Source: an uncultured Lachnospiraceae bacterium
GTDB taxonomy: Bacteria; Bacillota; Clostridia; Lachnospirales; Lachnospiraceae
Assembly: GCA_910577955.1 (NCBI GenBank)
Contig: CAJTNC010000016.1
Coordinates: 6,995-70,994 of the forward strand
DNA: 64,000 nt
Direction: 5' to 3'
The translations under genes and the position numbers were made by a program. Below, piece by piece: positions 9,195-19,900 of this stretch. The notes under the pieces are model-generated. The model saw only the letters and a program-made list of their open reading frames with translations. It had not been told where the DNA came from and searched no databases. Each line of letters opens with the position of its first letter. Within the stretch, counting starts at the first letter, position 1.

Positions 9195-10163
9195 ATGAGT
9201 AAAAGAAGCAGAAAAAGTTCCGCTGTGAAGGAGGCTAAAAGAAGACAGGAGGCAAAAGCAAATCTTCATTATAAAGATACGGTATTCCGTATGCTGTTCC
9301 GGGAGAAAAAGCGTCTGTTAGGGCTGTATAACGCGGTCAGTGGACGAAATTATGGTAATCCGGAAAAGCTGGATATCGTGACGTTAGAGAGCGCAGTGTA
9401 TCTGGGGATGAAAAACGATTTGGCGTTCATCATCGATATGAGACTGTACCTGTTTGAACATCAGTCAACCATGAACCCAAACATGCCTCTGAGATTTCTG
9501 CAGTATGTATCGGCGGAGTATGAGAAACTGATCATATCGAAAGACCTGCATAAGCAGGGGCAGGTAAAGATTCCCACGCCTCATTTCGTCGTGTTTTTTA
9601 ACGGGACAGAAAAGTGCGCGGAACGGCAGGAACTGCGGCTTTCGACTGCATATGAGGTGGCGGAGGAAGATCCGGAACTGGAACTGAGGGTGCAGGTCTT
9701 AAATATCAACGAGGGTTTTAATGAGGGGTTGAAAGAGGCGTGCCTGACGCTTAAAGAGTATATGCAGTATGTGGGTAAGGTTCGGACATATGCAGAGGAC
9801 ATCTCTGTAGACGAGGCTGTGGACAGAGCTGTGGATGAATGTATCGAGCAGGGGATTTTAAGAGAATTCCTGCTGCAGAACAAAGCGGAGGTAAGGCGCA
9901 TGAGTATTTTTGAGTATAATGAAGAAGCTGTGCGGCAGGCGCTTCGGGAAGAGGCCCGCGAGGAAGGATATGAAAAGGGAAGAGATCGAGGAAAGATAGA
10001 AGGAAAGATAGAAGATATCTTGTATTTACTGAAAGAAAAGGGGCCGGTTCCTGCGGAACTGGAGAAACAGATCAAGGAACAAAACGACGAAAATATTTTA
10101 CGGAAATGGCTAAAGCTTGCCGGCAGTGTGGGGAGCATCGAGGAATTCCGGATGGGAATATAA
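9195..10163 (+). CDS. Rpn-family recombination-promoting nuclease / putative transposase (PD-(D/E)XK, YhgA-like)
   Basis: N-terminus 'HYKDTVFRMLFREKKRLLGLYNAVSG...LDIVTLE...NDLAFIIDMRLYLFEHQST.NPNMPLRFLQY' matches the characteristic Rpn/YhgA-like core. The C-terminal part is a charged helical tail. Confidence 0.75.
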   Translation: MSKRSRKSSAVKEAKRRQEAKANLHYKDTVFRMLFREKKRLLGLYNAVSGRNYGNPEKLDIVTLESAVYLGMKNDLAFIIDMRLYLFEHQSTMNPNMPLRFLQYVSAEYEKLIISKDLHKQGQVKIPTPHFVVFFNGTEKCAERQELRLSTAYEVAEEDPELELRVQVLNINEGFNEGLKEACLTLKEYMQYVGKVRTYAEDISVDEAVDRAVDECIEQGILREFLLQNKAEVRRMSIFEYNEEAVRQALREEAREEGYEKGRDRGKIEGKIEDILYLLKEKGPVPAELEKQIKEQNDENILRKWLKLAGSVGSIEEFRMGI

Positions 10164-10519
10164 AAAATCAAGAAGAACAATTTGTATAATATATAGACTC
10201 AGGGGAATTTGCTTATGCAGTTAGCAATAAAATAGCAAAAATTGCCGCCAATAATAGCATTGATTCTGATATATGTTGTCTCTCAGTGGCTTCTTTGTGT
10301 TATATCAGGTCAATGGTGGGATGACTGGGAGATGTGGCTTTATTTGGAGGAATATGCCGCTCCAATAGATTGTTTCTAATAAAAGAAAATGTTCCGGTTT
10401 ATTCGGGGTGGGAGAAAATTAAAATTTTCATTTCATTTAATAAACGGTTGGTGTAAAATAGGTTATAAAGGATATCGTATTTTTTATTCTATTTACGAAA
10501 GCGAAAGATTGGAATATCA

Positions 10520-11041
10520 ATGGAGAATTTATTTGAATATAATATTATAATTATTTTTATAATATTTGTATTTATATTTATTTTAATTATTTCCATATAT
10601 TATTTAATTTTAAATCCGAAGAAAAAAAGGGTAAATAAAATAATTGAAAAATTCAAAAAGGAAGATTATATGCTTCCTCCTTACGCAGCTGAACGTTATG
10701 TTGTTTGGAATAATATGAGAAGCTTTTTCTACTTTTTGCATTATATGCTTACTTTATTAAGCGTATATGCTGGGCTAATGACGGTATATTATGCGTCAAG
10801 CGCAAATGATAAAAGTAATTGTATTATATTTTTGGCTTTATTATCAATGTGTTTTACAATTACAGGTATATTTTCTAATCCGCTTAGAACGGCTACAATG
10901 TCGCAACATGTATGGAGAGAATTGGATAGTTGCATAATTGCAATAATAAGCAATAAGCGCTGGTCAAAAGAAGAAAAGGACATGATACTAGCATATAAAA
11001 TAGCTCAATTGGAAAAGTATATTGAAACATATGAACGCTAA
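10520..11041 (+). CDS. Small hypothetical membrane protein (3 predicted TM helices plus a C-terminal helix)
   Basis: 173 aa. It has an extremely hydrophobic N-terminus 'IIIIFIIFVFIFILIISIYYLIL' and two further TM segments. Very AT-rich. It sits 67 nt upstream of the AbiH-like gene on the same strand. Confidence 0.45.
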   Translation: MENLFEYNIIIIFIIFVFIFILIISIYYLILNPKKKRVNKIIEKFKKEDYMLPPYAAERYVVWNNMRSFFYFLHYMLTLLSVYAGLMTVYYASSANDKSNCIIFLALLSMCFTITGIFSNPLRTATMSQHVWRELDSCIIAIISNKRWSKEEKDMILAYKIAQLEKYIETYER

Positions 11042-11120
11042 CTTTACAGAAGAAGGAGAAGAATCGTTTACATAGGCAGAACAGCGAGGCAGCCGGAGTT
11101 TCCGGCGGGTGGTAAAGAGT

Positions 11121-12527
11121 ATGCTATTTGATAAAGAATTGTTTGCATCAAAATATGTGGAATCTGATAAGCGAACGAATGTAGATACATTGATTCTTAT
11201 CGGAAACGGCTTTGATATCTGGCAGGGGCTGGATACAAGTTATGCATCTTTTGAAAAGTATTATGAAGCGCATCTGGATGAAGTGCTTACCCGTTTTCAT
11301 CTTAAGAAAAGAACACTTTTGGATAAAAATGGAAACATTATGTCAGATTGCACAGGCACTCCTGTTGTCTGTTCGGATGTTGAATTGTTTTATGGCGATC
11401 CGTTTCATCCGCAAAAGCTGCCACACGAGTTTTGGCGGGATTTTGAAACCGCTATGGATAAGGTGGATGATCAGGAAATAAATTATTTCTTTGGGCGCGA
11501 GGGAATTAAAGAGATTCAAAGGTGTGCAGATAACGCTCAGAGAATATTGAAAGAACTGTTCCGGGAATGGGTAATGTCAATTGATATCAGTGAGGAGATA
11601 CCGGAATATGAATTTGGCGATAATGTACTTTTTGTTAATTTTAATTATACCGATACACTGTTAAAACGTTTTGGCGTCAGGGAGATTAATGAATTTCACA
11701 TCCATGGCTCTGCGGATCAAAAAGAGTCTATTATTGTCGGACATGCAACACATCCGGAACTGCCATATGAGCCATTAAAAAACTTTAAGGATAAGCCGCG
11801 GTTTCAGGGGTTGTATTATATAGAGGAGTTTCTCTATAAAGCGGACAAGCATGTGGAAGATAACTATATGAAGCTGCAGGTATTTTGTGCGCTGCATGGA
11901 GCAAGGATCGAGGAGATAAAAAAGATATATGTGCTTGGACTGGGATTTGGAAATGCAGATTTAAGTTACATAAAACATTTTATCCATGAAACGCAGGGAA
12001 TAACAGAAAATCCGGAAGACAGTCTGTCTGGTGAAGAACTGTTTTATCTGAACTCTATGGATTATATGGGAATGATGAACCTGAACATGCACTATGCCAT
12101 TAGCCATCGGGAGCGGGTAATGAAAAAGGATCCGATCAGCTTTCCGGAATATGAACGTTTGGAGGACTTAATTGGCCCGTATGTGGAAGATCCGTATCAC
12201 CATATGGAACGGGACAGCCAAATGCGGCTGGAAGCGGCGGCAATCCGCCGGAGATTTTTGTCGGAACAGGAAGAGCGGAATAAAAAGATAAGGCGTGAAT
12301 ATTTGAGAATGCTGAACAAGAATCTGCATGTTGGATATACAGATCCGTCGGAGTTGTTCGTGAGACGGCGCGATAATGTTAAAAGACAGTCTGGTGCGGA
12401 ATGGCATATTTCATATTACAGTGATAAAGACTATAAAAGAATTGATGCGGTTATGAAAAATTATGGCTGCAATGATTATACGCTGCATGCTTCCATAAAT
12501 GAGTGCATAAACATATTTGCGAAATGA
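11121..12527 (+). CDS. AbiH-family abortive-infection protein
   Basis: 'LILIGNGFDIWQGLDTSY', 'FVNFNYTDTL' and 'EFHIHGS' are AbiH (PF14253-type) signatures. The start is ambiguous between GTG 11109 and ATG 11121. Confidence 0.7.
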   Translation: MLFDKELFASKYVESDKRTNVDTLILIGNGFDIWQGLDTSYASFEKYYEAHLDEVLTRFHLKKRTLLDKNGNIMSDCTGTPVVCSDVELFYGDPFHPQKLPHEFWRDFETAMDKVDDQEINYFFGREGIKEIQRCADNAQRILKELFREWVMSIDISEEIPEYEFGDNVLFVNFNYTDTLLKRFGVREINEFHIHGSADQKESIIVGHATHPELPYEPLKNFKDKPRFQGLYYIEEFLYKADKHVEDNYMKLQVFCALHGARIEEIKKIYVLGLGFGNADLSYIKHFIHETQGITENPEDSLSGEELFYLNSMDYMGMMNLNMHYAISHRERVMKKDPISFPEYERLEDLIGPYVEDPYHHMERDSQMRLEAAAIRRRFLSEQEERNKKIRREYLRMLNKNLHVGYTDPSELFVRRRDNVKRQSGAEWHISYYSDKDYKRIDAVMKNYGCNDYTLHASINECINIFAK

Positions 12528-12546
12528 CAGGCGGGGGGGAAACAAT

Positions 12547-13677
12547 ATGCAATTTCGTGATTTACAAAAACAGTATCAAATATTAAAACCCGATATGGAT
12601 ATAGCAATCGGTAAAGTGCTTGCAGACGGGAATTTTATTTCCGGCAGACAGGTGGCGGAATTGGAGGATCAGCTTGCAGCTTACGTGGGGGTGAAGCACT
12701 GTATTGCCTGCGGCAACGGCACAGATGCGCTGACATTGGCGCTGATGGTGTGGGATATCGGCTCGGGGGATGCCGTGTTTGTACCGGATTTTACATTTTT
12801 TGCATCCGGTGAGACACCGGCTTACGAGGGAGCAACGCCTGTATTTGTGGATGTGGAGGAGGATACTTTCAATATGTCTCCGACATCTTTGGAAGAGGCG
12901 GTATTAAAGATAAAAGAAGAAGGGAAACTGAGGCCGCGTGTGATTGTGGCAGTGGATCTTTTCGGACAGCCTGCGGATTATACGAGGATCCGTCAGATTG
13001 CGGAAAAGTATGACCTCTTGATTTTGGAGGACGGAGCGCAGGGCTTTGGCGGGCAGATCGGAGAACAGAGGGCCTGCAGTTTTGGCGATATTTCCACAAC
13101 TTCCTTTTTTCCGGCAAAGCCGCTTGGGTGCTATGGAGACGGCGGAGCGGTATTTACAGATCGTGACGAATGGGCAGAGCTGCTTCGTTCTTACCGCGTT
13201 CATGGAAAAGGGACGGACAAATATGATAATGTCCGGATTGGCATGAATTCCAGATTGGATACGCTGCAGGCAGCAGTCCTGCAGGTGAAATTGAAAGCAT
13301 TTGAAGAAAATGAACTGACGGCGGTCAACAGGGCTGCTGACTTCTATACGAAAAAACTGGGAACGATCGTGAAAACGCCGGAGGTCGGAGAAAACTTTTT
13401 CTCCAGCTGGGCACAGTATTCCATCCTTTTGAGAGACGAGGCGGAGCGCGACGGGCTTCAGGCTCATCTGAAAGGGAAAGGAATTCCCACGATGGTGTAC
13501 TATCCGAAACCGATGAGCAGACAGGGGGCATTTCAGGGCATTGATTGCGTGAAAACAGATTTGTCCGTTACTGCTGATTTGTGCACAAGAGTGCTGGCGC
13601 TGCCGATGCATCCGTATATAACGGAGGAAGAGCAGAATCAGGTGGTCGGGGAGATCAAGGCGTATATTTGTCAGTAA
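12547..13677 (+). CDS. DegT/DnrJ/EryC1/StrS-family PLP-dependent sugar aminotransferase (WbpE/PglE-like)
   Basis: 'FISGRQVAELEDQLAAYVGVKHCIACGNGTDAL', and 'SFFPAKPLGCYGDGG' containing the PLP lysine. The ATG at 12547 is preferred over the extended ORF at 12517. Confidence 0.85.
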   Translation: MQFRDLQKQYQILKPDMDIAIGKVLADGNFISGRQVAELEDQLAAYVGVKHCIACGNGTDALTLALMVWDIGSGDAVFVPDFTFFASGETPAYEGATPVFVDVEEDTFNMSPTSLEEAVLKIKEEGKLRPRVIVAVDLFGQPADYTRIRQIAEKYDLLILEDGAQGFGGQIGEQRACSFGDISTTSFFPAKPLGCYGDGGAVFTDRDEWAELLRSYRVHGKGTDKYDNVRIGMNSRLDTLQAAVLQVKLKAFEENELTAVNRAADFYTKKLGTIVKTPEVGENFFSSWAQYSILLRDEAERDGLQAHLKGKGIPTMVYYPKPMSRQGAFQGIDCVKTDLSVTADLCTRVLALPMHPYITEEEQNQVVGEIKAYICQ

Positions 13678-13708
13678 ATGAATAGAAAATAAATAGAAAT
13701 TGGTGAAA

Positions 13709-13755
13709 GTCCCGGGGTATTATAATGCAGAGCGCTGATATCCCGGGATTTTTGT
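13709..13755 (+). terminator. Rho-independent terminator after the aminotransferase gene
   Basis: Hairpin CCCGGGGTAT...ATATCCCGGG (13711-13747) is followed by ATTTTTGT. Confidence 0.6.
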
Positions 13756-13782
13756 ATTAATGTAACAATTTTCATAATATAA

Positions 13783-13811
13783 TTGCGCTTTTTTTGATTA
13801 ATGTTTATAAT
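13783..13811 (+). promoter_or_regulatory. Candidate promoter for the giant-ORF operon (TTGCGC-17-TATAAT)
   Basis: -35 TTGCGC at 13783-13788, a 17-nt spacer, and a perfect -10 TATAAT at 13806-13811. It lies downstream of the terminator and about 108 nt upstream of ATG 13919. Confidence 0.3.
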
Positions 13812-13918
13812 TTAATATGAAGAAGATATTTCTGTGTAGGAATCGCAAATTCAGATAACCTGAGCAGGATGCAGTGATTATGTGATATAGGAGAGATACT
13901 AAAGAGGGGGCAGTAAAG

Positions 13919-16900
13919 ATGGAGAAAAAGACAGTTGTTTTTATGCTGGAATACCTCCGAACAGGCGGATGGGGGGCGATCAGCGATTTTATCACTAAAT
14001 TTTCTGAAAGAATCCCCATGAATCGATCGGATACAGCTATTGCCTCTTCCTGTCTCTTTAAGGAATTTAAATCAGGCAGTAATTTTGATCTGGCTAAGTT
14101 AATTATAAAGAAAAGAGAAAAGTTTAAAAAGATCGAGAGACCGGAAAAAATATACGACGCAGGAGAAGAATACTATTATGTTTTCTTTATATCTGTACAG
14201 TATGAGCGTCTGGAGGACGTTGTGGATTTACAGAGTCTGTATTTGCTGATTGATGCGTGTGATACGGTCAAAGCCATTGCGCTCATAGAGGGAATACAAA
14301 AAGAATATCATAAGACATCGCACTTTTTTTCTTTTCTGACAGAACGCAAAGGTGGTATCTATGAAAGCATTTTTTTCAAATCTGATGATATCAAGCACTT
14401 ACAGAGGGCGGGAATAGGCACTTTATCAAGATTCCTGCCACTAATTCCTGTGAATAGATCCACAGAAAAACTTTTTCGGCAGAATGTCAGTGAGATAATA
14501 ACACAGGAACAGATAGTTCGGTGTCTCGAGGGATCAAAGGGAGAGGGAAAAAATACAGGTATTTGGGCAGGGGCATTAAAAAAACTCACTGAAAACCGTG
14601 GAAGATTGAAACAATGTGATTTGCAGCAGTGTGCTGCATATATGGGAAATGTTGAGACATTATCCTTTTTGTTGTTTTGCTTTTTTTTGGACGGAATCAA
14701 AGAAGATTTTTGGGATTTTGGGGGATTTAGCAGAGAATTTCAAAAAATCTCAATTTGGACAAACGGCTGTATCCAACTGATAGAAAATATTATTTTTCAC
14801 TCGGCTAATCAGAAAGGCGCTTTTTCTTTTCGGTTGTTGGAGAGTAATAATGTTTATCTGAAAAGTAAATATGGGATAGGGGACGATGAGAAAATCTGGC
14901 TTGAGTTGATGGTAACGGACTATCCGGGGCGTAGTCATACACGAAATATCGCGCAGAATTTTTGCGAGAATCTGGCAGAGGACAATATACGAAGTTGTTT
15001 TAAAGGCTTATCTCCGGAGGATTTTTTTGCGGAGGGAAATAAAGCGGAGATAGATGAAGCATGGAGGAAGTATTATCTGGACAAAGGAAATATGGTTAAT
15101 CATTATGGGCTGCGAATATTTCATAAAGCAGTGATTAAGAGCAACGGATATTTCATCATGCAGAGCCATTCCACGCATATCCCCAGAGAAGGGGAAAGAT
15201 TTTGTATGAGTCGGGATATTCGTGAAGAGAAAAATAAAATTTGTATGCCCGGGACAGGCTATTCTGTTTTGTTCCCTATAGTGCGGGAAGGAATTAAGAG
15301 GGAGTACATTGACTACGGGATTGAGAATTATGAAGGAAGGTTAAAGGATGACGATCAGTTTTTTGACTATGAGGTCATTCCCAAAAGGTTGTCGATTGCA
15401 GGCGATATTTCATCGGCTAAAACGAAACGAAAAACAATAAATGATCTGGCAAAGGAAATAGGAGACAACGAAAACAGCAAGAGTATTGTTTGTATTAATT
15501 GCGAAAATTTTCCGGGAAATCATGGAGAGATCGTGTACAAAGCTGTTAATCTTGCAATGCTCAAATATGAGAAGAATTTTCATGTTGTGCTGTATGGATG
15601 CCATTCGGAATTTGTGCAGGTGTTCCTGACGGCCGCATATTTGGGGTGGCAGAATCTGAAAGAGGAGTCGACCTATAATGGAAAAAAGCAGATTGCACTC
15701 TACACTGCAGGGCAGTATGAGGAAATACGCATTTTACCGGAGAACTGGTATGCAACATTAGAATTGAATCGAAAGAATAATTTTTCCAGAGAAACAAGGT
15801 GGGCAGACTACTTTGAAAAGTGGGACAGTGGAACAGCCCAAGAACGGGCTAAGACATATGTGGCGAATTATCCTTTTGACGTAGTGGCAACAGATGAACA
15901 GGGAAATACAATATTTGAAAAGTATGTGGAAACTGTTATAGAACGGAATATTCAGAGTGAAAAGCTTGGGTGCAAAATAGAGAATGTCCATATGCGCTTA
16001 GGATCCACCATTCACGTAAATCATTTTTACGAGGCCGAAATTTTATTCGGAAATTTTTATTTTGTGGAACGGTTTGCTATGTTGATGATCAAAAGCATGT
16101 GCAGGTCTGAAGAAAAGCCGCCGATTCAGAGTACTGACAAAGTGACGTTGTATGGATATAGCAATTATTCGGAGCAGACGGTGTACTGTACGATGCAGTT
16201 TCTGCGCAGGATGCTGCCGGGAATAGACGTTGACTATGCTATATTGGAGCGGGAAGCTGAGGAAAGGGGTTTTACACATGTGGATCGAATCAGGTACAGT
16301 ACTTATTTTGAAGAGGATGGGATAAAAAGGCGGAAAGAACATTTCCGATCCAGAAAAATAGTCTGTATCATTCCAATTGCCAGCACGCTAAAGACGAATG
16401 AGAAGATGATCAATTTATTTGCAGAAGAAAACGGGAAGGAAACCAGAGATGCGTTTTGGCATAATTTTGAGTTGATTTTAGTCGGATCAGCAGAAGATAA
16501 TGAATATTGGGAAAAAGAGGGGAAGCATATATCCGGAAAGAAAGGAATGGAAATATCTCCTGAACCGGAATTTTTTGTGGAGGTTGCATTGACATATATG
16601 GAACCGCTGAAATGTAATATGTGTTTTCCCGAGTGTATCATAGATGAGCAGCCGTTGGTGGAGGTAAATGCGGCCTCTACGATCCCCAATCAGGCTTTTG
16701 GGCTGATTGAGGAAAAATGCGGACTTCCTGCTATTACCAGAGACCAGATATTGCAGGAAGAAGAGAAGATGGAAATATTAAAGGATATTTTGATATATCG
16801 ACACATAGAAAAGAATGAGAACCATTTTCTTTTTTATTTTCAGTCTGAGAGACTGCTTATCAGGTATTCGGAAAAAATCAGGGATTGGCTTAAAGGAATA

Positions 16901-19900
16901 GGAGGGGAAATAAAGAAAAGCATAGCTCGTGAAGACTATGTGGTTCTGTTTTGTCCGGCTCATTTCAGCAATGCCGGATTTGTCGAATGCGTAAATAACT
17001 ATGTTTTCGGGAGTGCGGCAGTAGTCATACGGGACGATGTGGATAAAGAGTACAGATGCAATTTCAAAACGAAATTTTCAAATATGAGAAAGTTTGTAGA
17101 AAAAATTGCAAAGTATCAGTCAGATAACGGTGAGCGACAGAGGAGAATACATTTTTTCTATGTAGACGAAACGATTGTGACAGGGAACACTTTTCAAAGG
17201 GCGAAAAGTCTGGTGCAATCGGTCATAGGGGATTATGTGCTGTCGGAAAGGCAGAAATATGTGGTTTTTGAAGGGATTTTTGTCTTAATCGACCGAAATT
17301 CCAGATCCAGCAGATGGCAGTATACAGGACTGGGAGAGGAAGAACGCCTCTATGCATTCAGGACAATCCATATCTCTTCTGTCAGAAATCATGGTGATGC
17401 CTGTGTCTACTGTAATCTGGCAAAAGAGGCGGAGACATTGAAACGGAGTTCCGTGACAAAGACAATGGAAAAATACTGGGAATCTGAGGAAGAAAAGTTT
17501 TCTGTGAAGCCTCTGGTCAGATATCTGAGATATGGGGAAGAAAGCGGCGGGCAGCAGGAGGATGTAAAGAAAAAGCAGGAGGATGTAGAGAAAAAGAAAA
17601 AACGCGCGTTTCGGCGGCTGTGCTGTACGAATAATGCCATGGTATTTTTGAAAGATGAATACCATGGGAATCAGAAAGAGGTGGTGCTGGAGCAGCTCCT
17701 GACTTTGATATTGGAGGGGAGCGCCATACATGCAGGGGAAGAGGCGGAGTACTTTCTGTCTTATTGCAAAGTGCTCAGCAGACCTTTCCGGGTATTTGAC
17801 AAGGGCGTGAAGGAGGCGGTTTTTGATTTTCTGTTAGTGGCCTGCCAGAGCGCTCTGGCAGAAGAGCCTTATGGGGATATCATTAAAAGCAGTGTGAAGA
17901 AGCCATATTTAAGGAAAGAAAATATTAAGTTAAAGTTGTTGGATGTAGAAAGGTTTGTCCAAGATTATTTTCGGACTGGGGACATGTGGCAGGATCTGCT
18001 CAAGGTGCTGCTAAAACAGTTGACAGAGATGAAGAGCAATTTTATTCTCAGAGAAACCAATATGAGACAGATTCTGGAATACGCGAATGGATTAAATGAG
18101 GGGAATAAAATTAAGTTTCTCCAGTATTATAAATGCCTGACAAAAAGACTGACCGGAATCAGCTCGGATACCAGCAAGTGCCTGTGGCTGGATAATATGC
18201 TCAGAGACAGACCGGAACTTTTGAAACAGGCTGTCCCGCAGGATATTTATCTGGAAAATGTTTGGATCTATCAGGATGCTTTCCAAAAGTTGAATGGAAG
18301 GATAAGGGCTGCGGGATGGGCAGAAATTTTGGAGAGCAGTTCGGGCGATATTTCGGAAGAAAATCTGGCACGGTTTGAAAGGGAGGAGCTGGAAGAGCAC
18401 ATAACGCCATATCAATTTAAAGATTTTATTAAACTGCTGGAACTGTATGGTTTGAGAGAGGAAACGGCGGGATTTTGTGAAGAGGGGCGGGTCTTTGTGG
18501 CAGCAAATTATCTGCTGTACAAGTTTATATCGCAGGAATTTACCAAGTCACCGAAAAAAGCGGATCCTGCAAAGCAGGGGAATTTGGATAAGGTCGATCA
18601 TATTGCAGCGTGCATTAAACATATTATAAAGGCAAAGGATGTTGTCATTATGATGGAGTTTAATGCGGAATACGATCTATGGGAAAGCAAGCTTATTGAG
18701 CGTTACAATGCGCTGATGACGGAACCTCAAGGAAAAATAAAACATGATTTAAAAAAAGAGTATCTTGTTCTTGGAAGCAGCGGAGGGAGGAGCAAGGAAT
18801 GGACTATCAAAGAGAGTGAGGCCATCAGTTTGGTACAGAAAGTTCAGAATAAAAAGGGCTTGACAGAGAAAGAGTACTCATTTAGTCTAAAAGAAGGTAC
18901 GTTTCTTTGGGAAGTGGGCCATACTACGGAATATCCGGTATATATCTTTGCAAGATGGGAAGGCTCTGAACAGGGCAGTATGGCAGAGATAGACAGGCTG
19001 AACCGTATCCGAAGCGTTCTGCAGTATTGCTGGATGCTAAATGATTCTGTTTTTAATAAGGGAAATGAGGTCTTTTTCTATGAGATCGCACGTCAGCGGA
19101 AGCAGAATGCAATACAGAGCATGCAGAAAGCATATACGCATACAAAAAGCGATATCAGGATGGAACAGTACAATCATATGCTGAATAAAAAAAAGTATAA
19201 CGGGTATTTTCAGTCGGAACTGCTGATGCTGTTAGCAGATTTGAATGTGAGCGAGCATTACAGAAAAAGTCTGACAATGGATTATTACTTGGAAGGGATT
19301 CCGATGCGTCCTGAAAGATGGAATTCAGAGCTGTCGCTTTTCAAAGACATGAACAGTTTTTATATCTTAAACAGTGATGATGAAAAAGCTACAGAACTGA
19401 AGGTATCTAAGGAAGTGCTGTTTGAAGGAGATATTCCGCTGCAGGGAGATGAGGAAGTTATCGCGCTTGACTACACTAATGCGGAACGAGAGACGTTCCT
19501 GCTGATATATTCCTTGATGGTCAATGCGGTGACGGATGGCCGGGGCTTCATGGAAAATAATTGTGTGACGGTTTATTGCACCAAAACTGCCGGAGGACGG
19601 CTGCGGCTGGCGAACCGTATCGGGGCGGGGGCCGGAGTTCGTACGCCTGAACAGATTATGGAAGGGCTGAGATATCCTCCGGAGGAGGAAGGTCAGGGGA
19701 TTTCACTGTGGAGTATGTCTCGCTACATCAAACGAATGATAGCAAATTACCTGAATACGGATATAAAAAAACTGGAAAGATCGGCAGGGGATGTTGATCC
19801 TGCTTCTCTGATATTGCTGGGGAATAAGATCAAGAAAATGATGGGAGAGGAATTCCGGATAGATATCCGAAAGGAAAAGGTTGGGGATAAAGAATATTTT

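Noticed and set aside
9195-10163. Rpn-family gene considered as evidence of a bounded IS element or transposon.
   Set aside because: I could find no terminal inverted repeats or target-site duplications flanking it. Rpn/YhgA-like genes are usually stand-alone, so it is treated as a CDS and not annotated as a mobile element.
10200-10400. Possible gene remnant, a short frame ending '...QWWDDWEMWLYLEEYAAPIDCF*', downstream of the Rpn gene.
   Set aside because: There is no ORF of useful length, no start or SD, and nothing I can match to a family by eye. It might be a pseudogene fragment, but that cannot be supported without a database search.
17555-17596. Tandem repeat considered as a possible CRISPR or minisatellite signal.
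   Set aside because: There are only two directly adjacent 21-bp copies with no spacers, in frame inside a long ORF. It is a coding linker duplication, not an array. I saw no repeat-spacer structure anywhere in the window.
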